DNA from: Schizochytrium sp. TIO01 | Taxonomy: Eukaryota > Protista > Bigyra: Labyrinthulomycetes | DNA: 64,000 nt | Direction of reading: 5' to 3' | Assembly (NCBI GenBank): GCA_004764695.1 | Contig: SMSO01000034.1 | Location: 3,410,001 to 3,474,000, forward strand | Part shown: piece after piece, positions 1 to 11,498 of the stretch | Position numbering within the stretch: position 1 is the stretch's first letter | Layout: the number at the start of each line of letters is the position of its first letter | Notes under the pieces: generated by a model | Seen by the model: the letters and a program-made list of their open reading frames with translations, nothing else | Told to the model about the DNA's origin: nothing | The model's database searches: none | Program-made: the position numbers and the translations under genes

Positions 1-2109
1 GGAGACACGGATCTGCGAAGATTTTTTCCTCACGAACGGATTGCAAGTATTTGGGGAGCCTCTGATAGTGATGTGCCACTCTTTACCTGGTCAAACCCTA
101 TGGGGCCTCCTGCAAATCCTGATGATGACCGAAATCTTATCGCTTCGCTTTTAGGTGGCTTCGAGGAGGACCGCACACGAGATAAGTTTACCCAAACAGA
201 GGTTGAAGGGGTTTCCGATCCTTTTTTTGCAACAGAGGAGCATGACTATGGATGGGATGAAGCTTTCGATGCAGGTTTAACCTTAGAAGGCCTATCTAGG
301 GGTGCTGAGAGTGGGTCTGAGAATGGAGATCCTTATTTTATCTCTGCTGCACGCTTACGCTCAACTGAAAGCAGAAAACAGGTGAGTCAAATTCTTCATT
401 CGGAAGCAGAAGCTCACAGTTTGCTTGTTAATGGTATTCGTGAAGAAGAAGCGGAAGAGGCGGAAGAAGACGAGGAAGAGGATGAAAGAATCAATGCAGT
501 GGGTTCAAGTGATGATGAACATCGTCAGAGTTCACGCGATAGCAGATCTGTAACTTATCCGAAACCTCGACGGCATAGTGATAGCGTAGTGACAGACGTT
601 GATCGTGACCACCAGGATGATTCATCTGATGATGAATCTTCCTCTCTATCTTCAGAACAGCACGCTGTAGCTTGGGCTTTGCGAGAGAGGTTTCGAGACA
701 TTGCTCACGAAACCAGCGTCCAGCCTCGTGGCCGCCGAAGAACTAAGACATTCGCAACTTCCAAATCTAAGGGTCAAGAAAGTCACAATGCAAAAGATCA
801 CATTCACTTTGCATTATCAACTGATATTAAGGACGGAAGCCACAGTGATGATGGAGAATGGACAACTATTTCCAAGCGCTGTCGACGCAGACCATTTTCT
901 GCTGATGGACATCGCCGCAACTCCACCACTTCCGCCAAGGAATCAAATACAAAACCACACAAAACTTCACAAACCAACAATAAAGCTGCTAAACGTAGAA
1001 ATGCATCACATCGCTCAGCTTCGTCTGCGCAAGAGTCTACACTATACACCAACGAGCCAAAACAGATGCATACAACTCGATTTGTTCGATCAAACTCGTC
1101 TCAAAGTGCCCTCTCGATCAATTCAATGCTCAATGATGCTAGTATTGACACGAATATTCGAACTATGCCTCTGGAGAACGCTGAGGAACAAATTTTACAA
1201 CACAACTTTCCTAAACATTCATTGCAGGAATTGACAACTTGTAGTTTCGAAAACTGTCAAGGTTGTCGTAATCGGGAGCGAGAGTTGGAAAGGTATCGCC
1301 AAGCGGACCTGGAGTGGCGAAAGTCAATCGAAACGAAACTGGACAAACTTGCCGAGAAATTGGATAGCCTTTTTGCATCTTCTAGCCTCAAGGTCGCCCC
1401 ATCAACAGTTATTGCTCAAGCTCAAGCTCGAAATCATGCCGCTGGACATCACGATGGCTCCAGCTCCTCAGGGAGCCCCAATAATCACTCCTGGAAAAGC
1501 AGAGTCATCATCCTATGCTGCAGCGGCAGCGTCTGGAACCCCTTCTGCGCCTGGTAAATCTCTGAGCAATGCTCTACCCTCGAGAACTCTGAGTACTACG
1601 TCTCAAGCAAGCCCTGGAGCAAATACCGTAGCACGAGCAAATTCTAGCTCATTAAGTGCTGCTTCAATTTCAAATTTACCTCGGGGCCGAGCAACAGCGG
1701 CTGGTTCGGTGACGAGCCCATCATCGGGTGCTTTAGTAGGTGAACGGTCACCACATGGTCTGCGTAGTGCTCCTCAGACCCCTTTGGCACGGCCAAGGCA
1801 ACTATCGCAGATAGAAAGCCATCTGACTCCGTCTGACTTTTATCCGCATGGAACCCAGTTTAGTCCACCAATGATGGACTTCCTCCCAACGCAACAATAT
1901 GCTATGTATTATAACACCACGGCAGCTGGTGTTTTGTTTACAGATCCTTGGTATTATCCTTTTCCTATGGATGCTGCGCATGGGCCTATGGTTCATCGAC
2001 GGCGCCAAGGGGTTCCCTTTCCCCACGAATGGCATGGTCAAACTTCACAAGAGTCTCATCATCTTTTTCAACACCAACATCTGCAGCATGAACTCCTACA
2101 GCAGCAACA

Positions 2110-2140
<31 letters not shown>

Positions 2141-3529
2141 CAACAAACTGAGCAACGGCAACAGACTCAATCGTCAGCTCAACAGCAAACACAGTCTCAA
2201 CCAGCTCAGATACCTGCAACCATGCCTGGACAGCAAATGTTCCGAACAAATAGTGCAGGTGCATTCTGGCAGAATCCAAGTGCAATTTCTATTGAAGGCA
2301 TTCACAGGCTGGATTTAGAAATTGCAGGCTTTATGGAGGCTTGTCAGTCTCATCGAAAACAACGTATTCCTGCAGAAGGGATGATTGTTGAACGCGTAAC
2401 AGGTGTTGTCCGACATCTTTGGCCACGCGCAACTGTAAAAAAATATGGCTCATGCGCGACAGGACTTAGCTTACCTGATGGTGATCTTGATCTCGTTATT
2501 TGCCTTCCAAAGGTTATGCAAGATGATATTGCAGATGAGCCTGGTCCGTTAGAAGGACGCAATGCGATCAAAATGACCTGGCAGCAGAATCTTGCTGAGG
2601 CTCTTCGTTTTGCAGAATGGATCGACGGTGACACAGTGAAAACGATCCATACACCAATGCCAATCATCAAGCTATCTACTCTTGACCCAATGCATCTACA
2701 ACTTGACATATCATTTAAGACAGAACAGCACAACGGTTTGGCAACAAACAAATTAGTTGCTGCTTTGCGTAAACAGCACCTCGCTCTGACCCCACTTTTA
2801 CTCATCCTGAAAAAATTCCTTGCTGATCGTGGATTAGGATATAGCTATTCGGGAGGGCTCTCGTCCTATGGGCTGTTACTTCTTGTTGTTGTATACCTCC
2901 AGAACGGCAACCCTGCCCCGGCTCCTCCGCCGCGTCAACATGGCACGCGACTTCGAAGCAGTAGTCATGGTCAATTTACACCTGATTATACCATCAGTGC
3001 GCATCTAGGATATCTATTGTTAGGATTTCTGAATTTCTACGGTCGTCACTTTGATCCAGCGGCCATGGGAGTTTCTTTAGCGAAAGGAATTTTTCCACGA
3101 AAGTCAGAGAATTATCTAAGCTTTGCTTCAGCGGATACTGAAAGCCTTCCAGGCCGCACAAGTTCATTTCACGTACGTGAAAGCCGTCTCGGAAGCCATT
3201 TATCAATGCGAGGGCAAGCAGAAGCTGCGTCATCGTCTGTAGATTCGCACAGATTTGATCCTATTTTCATAGATGATCCACTATGCCCAGGCAACAACGT
3301 TGGCCGCAATTGCTTCCGCATTGCACCTATTCAACGTGCCTTTACAGATGCTGCGGATATTTTGCGCCGTGCTTTATTTGGACATATTGGCCAACCTACC
3401 TCAAGTCCCTTGTTGCAAAAAATTGTTCGCTGGCCCTCAACACCGGTTCCCTTGCAAACATCTTCTGTACAACAACCAGCTGTATCTGCTGCCACAGCAG
3501 CTGTATCTGAATCCCCTGACATTGAATAA
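1..3529 (+). CDS. Non-canonical poly(A) polymerase / terminal nucleotidyltransferase (TRF4/PAPD5-like) with long disordered N-terminus; 5'-partial, one +1 frameshift between ~1349 and 1557
   Basis: Frame 1 is open from base 1 to 1557 and frame 2 from 1349 to 3529. The C-terminal half has the Pol-beta NTase motif YGSCATGLSLPDGDLDLVI, LQLDISF, the GGLSSYGLLLL helix and the PAP-associated motifs LGYLLLGFLNFYG and IDDPLCPGNNVGRNCFRI. Confidence 0.85.
2099..2146 (+). repeat. CAG/CAA trinucleotide tract encoding poly-Gln
   Basis: cagcagcaacagcagcagcagcagcagcagcagcaacaacaacaacaa, in frame within the TRF4-like CDS. Confidence 0.95.
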
Positions 3530-4290
3530 TACTTATGTATATAGTGGGCAATGAGTCTGACCCAGGTATCTAGAGTACGTACTACCTAATACCATTAAAA
3601 AAATTGATGAATCCCCTTTGGCCAAATCTTTCTATGTAACTTCTAGCTCGGAAGTTCCATTCGCTATCTCTCTACTCACGAGCCTTGCTTGCCATCCAAG
3701 GCGCAGTGTTTACTTGCCGTGACTTGGTGCTGCAATCGTTCAACCAGCTGCAACCAAGAAACTTTTGGGTAATATCCCAATCTAAGAAAATGAACAATCC
3801 ATTCTGCACGTGCCACATATAATGAATGACTCTGGTACATACCACAACAGAGTGTGTATTAATAGTCATTACTATTTCCCCTAGCCTCGCATTAAAAAAG
3901 TCATATCTGCACAAAGCGGCGCCCCTCGTTAGAATGCTTTACTAAGAACACAACGCAGACACGCAAAGCTGTATTCTGTTGCTTCGTTGCTTTTACTGTC
4001 GCGAGGCAGCAAACGGCTGAAGGAGTGTGCGTATGCAGGTCTCTCCCTCCATATAATAAGTTTTTGGTCTGTAGGCTGTTAAGGCGTGGCTCTGAAACAC
4101 AGTCCCAAAACCGACTCGGGAATCTGGAGAATCAGGAGGCAGCACGTGTCACTACACAACAAGACCAGAAGCTAGCACTCTATTTTTTGAGGCAAGAGAG
4201 GAAGAAAAATTGCTACAAAAAGATAACCAGACTACATTACACAGGAGTCAATTGTATAATTTAGCCCTATTTGGCAGTGTGACTGTCAAG

Positions 4291-5310
4291 ATGAAGGAGA
4301 TGCTCGTGAATTTCAGAAAGTTAAAGTGCCTGGGCGAAAAAGACCCTGAAAAAGACTCTATCATGGATAATAAAATCATCGTTTTGGGACTAGTCGCAGT
4401 TGGTGTGCTCTTGTATGGCTTGCTGGGAGCCTTAATCTTTCGATATATCAATCCTGATTTTGGTAGCACAGGATACACAGATACATATAACACAACATTC
4501 AATGATGCGTTCTATTTTGCTGTAGTAACGCTTACAACCGTGGGCTATGGAGATGTTGTACCTACCACTGACGGCGCCAAAATCTTTGTATCAATATACA
4601 TCCTTGTGAGCCTTGTTTTGATCGGTGCTGCACTTGAAATGTCTGATTTTTTATTTTCAATCGACTCAGAAGAAATCGACGAGGATAACTTGGAAAAGAC
4701 CAAAGAGTACATGAGAAAAGCACGCTGGCGTATGTACTTCAATTTCTCAATCGTAGTCGGTCTCATGGTCATTTCTGTGATTTTTTTTGTTTGTTCAGAG
4801 GATTATACATTCGTGAATGCCTTTTACTTTACTGTATCAACGCTGTCGACAGTTGGATATGGAGATCTATCACCACGCAGTTTCAGTGGTCGTTTGTTTT
4901 CAATATTTTGGGTTACACTAAGCTTCTTCACTTTGTTTCGACTCATTGGAAGCATTATGGATGTTATTCTTCAACGCCGGAAGATTGCGTGGCGTAAAGC
5001 TCAAGAGAGGCGACGCCAGGAAATCAGGGACCATCTATCAGCGAATCCTGGGATCAAGAATATCCGACATCTTCTGAAAACTGCAGTGCTCCAGCGCTAT
5101 AGCCAAAAACATCTTCTTGATGTCCTCTCCAAGACGGAATTTATTTTGTTTCGCTTGGAACAGGAAGGCAGAGCAACTCACGAAGACTACAGTCGGCTTG
5201 ATAAGGAGTTTGAGGAGCTTTCGACGGACGTTCCTCACAACTCAGACGGAGAATTATCTCCTCAATCAGCTAAGGTCTTCGATTCCATCATTGATGAACA
5301 CGGGCCATGA
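4291..5310 (+). CDS. Two-pore-domain (4TM/2P) potassium channel, plant TPK-like
   Basis: Two selectivity filters (TLTTVGYGD, TLSTVGYGD), each flanked by hydrophobic helices. The C-terminal LSKTEFILFRL...EFEELSTD..NSDGELS resembles the TPK EF-hand region. Start ATG uncertain (4291 or 4363). Confidence 0.9.
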   Translation: MKEMLVNFRKLKCLGEKDPEKDSIMDNKIIVLGLVAVGVLLYGLLGALIFRYINPDFGSTGYTDTYNTTFNDAFYFAVVTLTTVGYGDVVPTTDGAKIFVSIYILVSLVLIGAALEMSDFLFSIDSEEIDEDNLEKTKEYMRKARWRMYFNFSIVVGLMVISVIFFVCSEDYTFVNAFYFTVSTLSTVGYGDLSPRSFSGRLFSIFWVTLSFFTLFRLIGSIMDVILQRRKIAWRKAQERRRQEIRDHLSANPGIKNIRHLLKTAVLQRYSQKHLLDVLSKTEFILFRLEQEGRATHEDYSRLDKEFEELSTDVPHNSDGELSPQSAKVFDSIIDEHGP

Positions 5311-8071
5311 TCCTTGGAATTCAGATTAATAGCATTGCGGTTTCGCTTTCTTTCAAATAAGTTTCTAGCTTTTCACAGCTAACAATGACGAATTTACCCC
5401 CCCCCCCCGGGGGAGGGGAGGTATGTTTTTTCTTTACCCTAACTCCCCTTGTTAATTGCGTTCTCAAGAGGAATAGTTCGAGATACGGAATATTGCTTAA
5501 GAGAGTTTTTTTGCTGTTTCAAATGGAATTTGACAATACAAATTCAAGCCATCCAATCCCTTATATGATACCTCACAAGAATCTTGACTACCACAACTTT
5601 CTGACTTTAGAAAGGCAAACAGCGAGCGATACTAATGCCTCCCAAATTGCAGCGGCAGAAGTTTGGAAATGGGAGAGGACATCAACAATTCGACAAAGAG
5701 ATCTTGGCAACATGCGCCCAGTGCACGTGTACTCGCTTAGAATATTGATTTCATCTCAAACGTGTTGCATATATCGTGGTTTGATCTTCTTTTTGCATTG
5801 ATTAGCTGGTTTCAAAACTATCCTTTGGGAGATTTCCAAACATAAATCAACAGAATCAAGAGCAACCTATCTTTACAAGCTATATTTCTATAGTTTCGCT
5901 TAGTCCGCATATCTTCATAGCTAAATAGCTGACTTGATTCTGTTTCTAGCTTGATTGATTTCCATATGCTTAAAAATCTCAGTATTAAACGATAATAGTA
6001 TGGATTTCTTTGATTCCACTTAGTTGGCTTTTATGAGAATCATCTTTGCGAGGCTTAGATTTGGTGCTATGGGAAAAAATCATTTTTTAAAAAACAAATA
6101 ATCATTTCCTTCGAAAGAGATAATAAGTTTTAAATGTGCTAGCCCTTATTTTTATAACTATGGAAACCGCAAGAAAAAAATCAAAATACAAAGATGCGCC
6201 TTGTCTAAAGGTAGCTCAATTTTCATGAATATGCTGCACAAGCTAGTATGCTATTGGCTCCTTACCCTGTATGTTGTTGTAGATAAAGAAGTATATGTTC
6301 AATTTAAATTTGTGGGTCTTTTATGCACAGGGCTGTGAGGAGTAGGACTTTGTTGCCCCCTTGGATAGTATCTTGCGTTTTTTGCACGGATCAATACCAA
6401 ATTAGAGCTCCGAAAGGTTACAGTAATACCGGTTTATCATTGAAATCGACGCCTATAAGAGCAGCGATAGAAGTTCCTGCCAAAATAGCACTTGTAGGAT
6501 GGAAAAAACCATCTTAAAGACGTACTTAGGAAAGCCAAAATACTGTAATTTATCCTTTGGCTACTGCAATTTAATTCATAAGCGAAAAAATGTGACATTT
6601 TTATTATCCTCAGGGTCTTATTTGTCTGCTTTACCACCATTCATGAAATGGCATTAAATTCGTCCTTCCTAGGAATCACTATTACAGTCAAGCAAAATGG
6701 CTTGAGGTGTTAAAATAAGGATAAGTAATTCTCTTTGTGATCTAAGCAACCGTATACAGCTATCTTTGAAGCGCTCCTGCAACTGAACATACTCCTTTAG
6801 TGTAAAGTAATATCTCCACGTTTTCTCATACTTGATTGAAACCTTCCCCCCGCATCGTAAAACTAAGTATTTCTATGGAGTTTGTAGTAGGTATACGGTC
6901 TAACAGATATATATCATGAGCACAGCAAAGGTTTTCTGTTTCAAAATAAACATACCATCCTTTTCTTGTTTTATGGCACATGAAAATACGTACTAACAAG
7001 AAGTTTAGAGCGTCGCAAGTGACTTTGAAGACGAAAACAGCTGGCTTTCCTGCAATATATATAAATCGTTTTCTAAAGTTTTAAATTAGTCATATATCAC
7101 TTTGAAGCTGAATATATTATAATTAAAGCCACTCAATAACTGTTGTCATCTGTGCCGACTTTGCTAGCAAGAGCTTATGCTTCATATCATACATTGCTGT
7201 TTACATTCGTTTGGTGTGTGATTAGTCTCTTCAGGAGGATAAAGCATATAAATGGCTTTAGATATCACTTACGGCTATTGATCTTGTTCCGATTAAAGGC
7301 TTTTAATGTTACCTGAATGGCAGAGTAGGTTGAGGCTGGCGTATTATTTCTTAGAGCAGCTCAGCTCCATTTACAAAGTCAGAGGTTTGTTGTGCTGAAA
7401 AGAAAGCATCATACCAAACTCCTAACAAACATGGACTGTTCCAAATGTCTTCTATACAATCAGAAACTGCATTTGAGAGGCTCAAGAATTGTACAGATGC
7501 AGAACCGTGAGTGATGATTCTGCAAAATTTTGTTACACCATATGCTGCATTAGAATAGCTAGTAAGATCTGTAAATCTCATATTTCTTACCAAAAGACTT
7601 ATTTGAATCTTCGGTCCCCACTATGATCCAACTGCTGATGATTCGAGTAGTTTTGACTCAAATCTATCCGGATCGATGTGATGATCAAGCTTGATATTTT
7701 CGTTTCATTGTCCTTTTTAATTTGTGTAGTTGATGTCGTACATTCAAACATCAAGTTGCTAAGAAAAGAAATCACATTCCCTGCTTGACCGGCTTCTCCT
7801 TTTTATTCTCTGCAAGTTTCTATGCGTTGCACTCCGCTTGTTTCAATGTCCTCCTTGTCTTTCTTGTACATATACTTTGTATTATAGTCTCCCCAACCCC
7901 AAGGCTAGGACTACTACTATACTTTAGCGTATGGCGCCTTAAGCCATTCCTACTAGTGAAGGGCCAAGGGAGAAATATTGGTTGGTCTTCAAACACCATT
8001 CTGCTCAAGTGCAGCAGCAGCCTCAACTTGCTTGCAGGGTTTGAGAATTAGGCAAAAGGCCGTCTGTGAGG

Positions 8072-8957
8072 ATGCTGTACATCATTGGACTTGGTCTCGG
8101 CGATGAGACTGACATCACTGTGAAGGGCCTTGAGGCTGTAAAGAGCTGCGAGCGTGTCTTCTTGGAGCATTACACATCGATTCTGGGCGTGGACGCCAAG
8201 AAACTCGAGGCTTTCTACGGAAGACCCGTTCGCTTGGCAGATCGCGAACTTGTTGAGACTGGATCTGATGAGATTTTGGAAGGCGCTGAAGAGGTCGATG
8301 TGGCCTTTGCTTGTGGTTGGTGACCCCTTTGGAGCAACCACACACACAGACATGTACTTGCGTGCTGTGCAGAAGGGCATCAAGGTGCAGGTCATCCACA
8401 ACGCATCCATTATGAACGCCATTGGAAGCTGTGGTCTTCAACTGTACAACTTTGGCCAAACTGTATCTATCCCTCTTTTCCAAGGCAACTGGAAGCCGGA
8501 CAGTTTCTACGACAAGATTGAGGTCAATGCCAAGGCCAAGCTCCACACGCTCTGCTTGCTTGACATCAAGGTTAAGGAGCCCAACATTGAGAAGCTCGAG
8601 ACCACCGGAAAGTTTGTCTATGACCCTCCTCGTTACATGACTGTGCGTGAGGCTTTGCAGCAGCTCCTCTACATTGAAGAAGAGGTTCGCAAGGCTGGTG
8701 TTCTTTCCCGCCAGACTCGCTGCGTTGGTGTGGCTCGTGTTGGCCAGGCCACTCAGCGTATTGTGGCTGGAACTATGGAGGAGCTTCTCGATGTTGACTT
8801 TGGTTCTCCTCTCCACTCCTTGGTCATTGTTGGTGAGACCCATGTTATTGAGGAGGAAATGCTCGCCCTTTACCAGGTCAAACCCGAAGATATTGTTAAG
8901 TACGAAGAGGAGGTAGATGATGCCGCCTCGGATGCTTCTAGCCCCGATATCGAGTAA
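8072..8957 (+). CDS. DPH5: Diphthine methyl ester synthase; one extra T at 8306-8308 splits the frame
   Basis: [24 protein letters not shown]...LEHYTSIL in one frame, continuing as [15 protein letters not shown]...[25 protein letters not shown]...[13 protein letters not shown]...[11 protein letters not shown] in the next. Confidence 0.97.
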
Positions 8958-11498
8958 TTTTACCAAATAAACCTACTGTTTTCAAGATAGTGACCGCCAG
9001 TGAAGTAATCCAAATCTTTTGTTATGATAATTCGAAAAAAGAATCTCATTCCATTGTGTCCGGCTCACACATATCCTCCTTTTAAATTAAACATATTATC
9101 GTCTAAATATGTAGCTAACACTTGCGACATGCTTCAATCCTATCACACCTAGAATTATTTTATGCCACTTCTACGAGCGGGGACGAAAATAAATCTTAAC
9201 ACCATTCAAGATGTACTACAGAACGTTGAAAACAAAGTAAGATGTTGCAACTTTGTTAGAAAATAAACTAAAATACATTTCGTCCTATGTTGGGGCCTAC
9301 CCTAGCCTTTGTAGGATTGTATCCTATGAGTTCAAGTCAATCCCTTGTGTAGCTCATACTGACCTTATTTCTGGAGAACAGTATCGTTATTATTCCACTA
9401 CCACGAGTCAGAGGTTATCAATCCTTTGACTCGGGTAAAACTTACACCAAAACATTTATCCCTCATTGTTGTATACATTGCCGGTTTTACTTCTGAGTCA
9501 ATAACTTTTACAATTTCATTCAACAAGTAAAAAGAAACAGTACTCGAAACTACGGCAGGGTTCCTGTCACGCATCAAGCAGAATAATTACTTTTTCTCTA
9601 GCTAGTGATATTTCGGGCTCATTTTCATCGGCCTCCTTCCAGTTCTAATGAGCTGAGAGGAAGCATCTATAGTTTAGGATAGAAGGTACTGTAAAGGGTT
9701 TCTGAAATTTTAAGCTTCGACCTCCATGCGAAACCTTTGTAGTTTAAACTATAGGTCCACATTTTTCATATCAAAGATCGATCAAGCCATAGCGGTATCA
9801 TCACGATCAGCCAGGTCTTTTGTTCCATGAGAATGGACGTCTTGCGACTTGGATGCTCATCACAGCGGAGCCACCTGCTTCTCTTGTGCTCAATTTGAGG
9901 TTATCTCAGATTCCGTCAATCAAGCTTTTCGTGAACACCACAAGTTTATGGAAGGCATTTCCGATTATTGTACTTCGGAACCACCCCACTAGAACCCTAC
10001 CAGTAAATACTTGGATGAGGTGATGAACTTCTTCCCCACTAGAGAGTGGATATCTACAACCATTTATAGCGAGGAGGTGGGCCCCTCTCATATCCTGAAG
10101 ATTGCATATTCATGAGGCTTCGTGTAGTTAGTTCTCTTGATTGGCCTTGCTCTTTTCGTTTCTTCACAATTGTTTATTTTATTTAGAATCGTGGACTCAT
10201 TGCAAAATCGATTAATAATTACTCCTACCTACTAGTTAGTTCCCGCTGAAAAATAATGTTTGGAAACGACGCAGAAAATCTCCAACATAGTCCAATTTTA
10301 TAAACGGCAAGCTTGTTGCTGGCAAAGCCGCTTATTCTTAATCTTAAGTACTCCAAGCCACCAGACAAGCGTGCATGTGCGCTCAAAACGTTTAGCACGT
10401 GCATACTAGGTGCCAACCTATCCAGTATTAATAGCCAACCAGGGTCTTTCAAAGCGGTTGATTCACATTACGTTTAACTTCTTTTTTACAGAAAAAACAA
10501 AAACCAAAGTGCAACCACTTTCATGGAAATCTAATATCGAGCCCTGAATCAGAAACTTCCTTCGTGGATAACACGCACCAGTGGAGCCATCTAAAGTAAA
10601 TATTAATCTGTGCTTTCGCAATGATCAGTTGGCCTGTCACTGCCTTCGAAGTGCTCTCGCAATGTTGGCGAGGGTAGAGGAAATCAAGAATCGAGGAGGG
10701 GCTGTAGAAGAGGCCAGAAAAAGCACCTCCTGTGGGTCTGAATTGAATGACACCTACATAGGTAAGGGTATCTGGTGATGAAGCTATATATAATCCTAGT
10801 CGCTGTTTTTTGTTCATCACTTTCTCTTTCCCATTCTCTTAAATAAATAAAAGTTAAAACAGAATAAAGGAAATCAAATCACAGAATACCTATCCTCTCA
10901 TATATTGTATATGGTAGTACTTGCATGAAAAAGAGGATGTCGTTTTCATCGTCAGTTGATCGTTGTAAGTCTGTTTAATACTCGTCATCATCGTCAACAA
11001 CGACGTCAGCGCCATAGACTTCGAAGGGCACGAGCGATGGCCAGGGCAGTCTTGAGCAGCAAGCTGATAATATGCAATCTCAAGTTGGGTCTGTGGGTTA
11101 CTTGTTAGAATTGGGTTACTTGTTAGAGTTGCCTGAATGATGAAATTTGTGGAAAGTGCAAGCAATGAAAAACTTCTTCAATTTTCACGGAGCAGACTCC
11201 CACGTATTTATTTCGCGAAATCAAAGCAACTCTCGGTCAATAGGCCATGACGAGTAGCTCCTGGCCTCGCACAGCATTGAAGCAATATCATCAAGAGCCG
11301 TCACAGTTGCTATCTTCTTTGTGGCTGTTGCCCTGTTGAAGAACACATGGACAAGATTTTGAGTTAAAGAGATTTAATTTTTTAATATTAAAAAGAAAAA
11401 GAAAAAAAGGGTTTATTTGCCTCGATTCCAAGACCATCTACCTATGTCAATCGAGCAATTCCGCAACAATTGGGCTGGCAAAGTTCGAGGCACCCGTC

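Noticed and set aside
8290-8325. Programmed ribosomal frameshift in DPH5 (and in the shikimate fusion)
   Set aside because: No slippery heptamer or consistent signal. Removing one base of a short homopolymer restores the conserved sequence, so assembly error is more parsimonious.
8115-8966. 283 aa minus-strand ORF
   Set aside because: Antisense shadow of DPH5.
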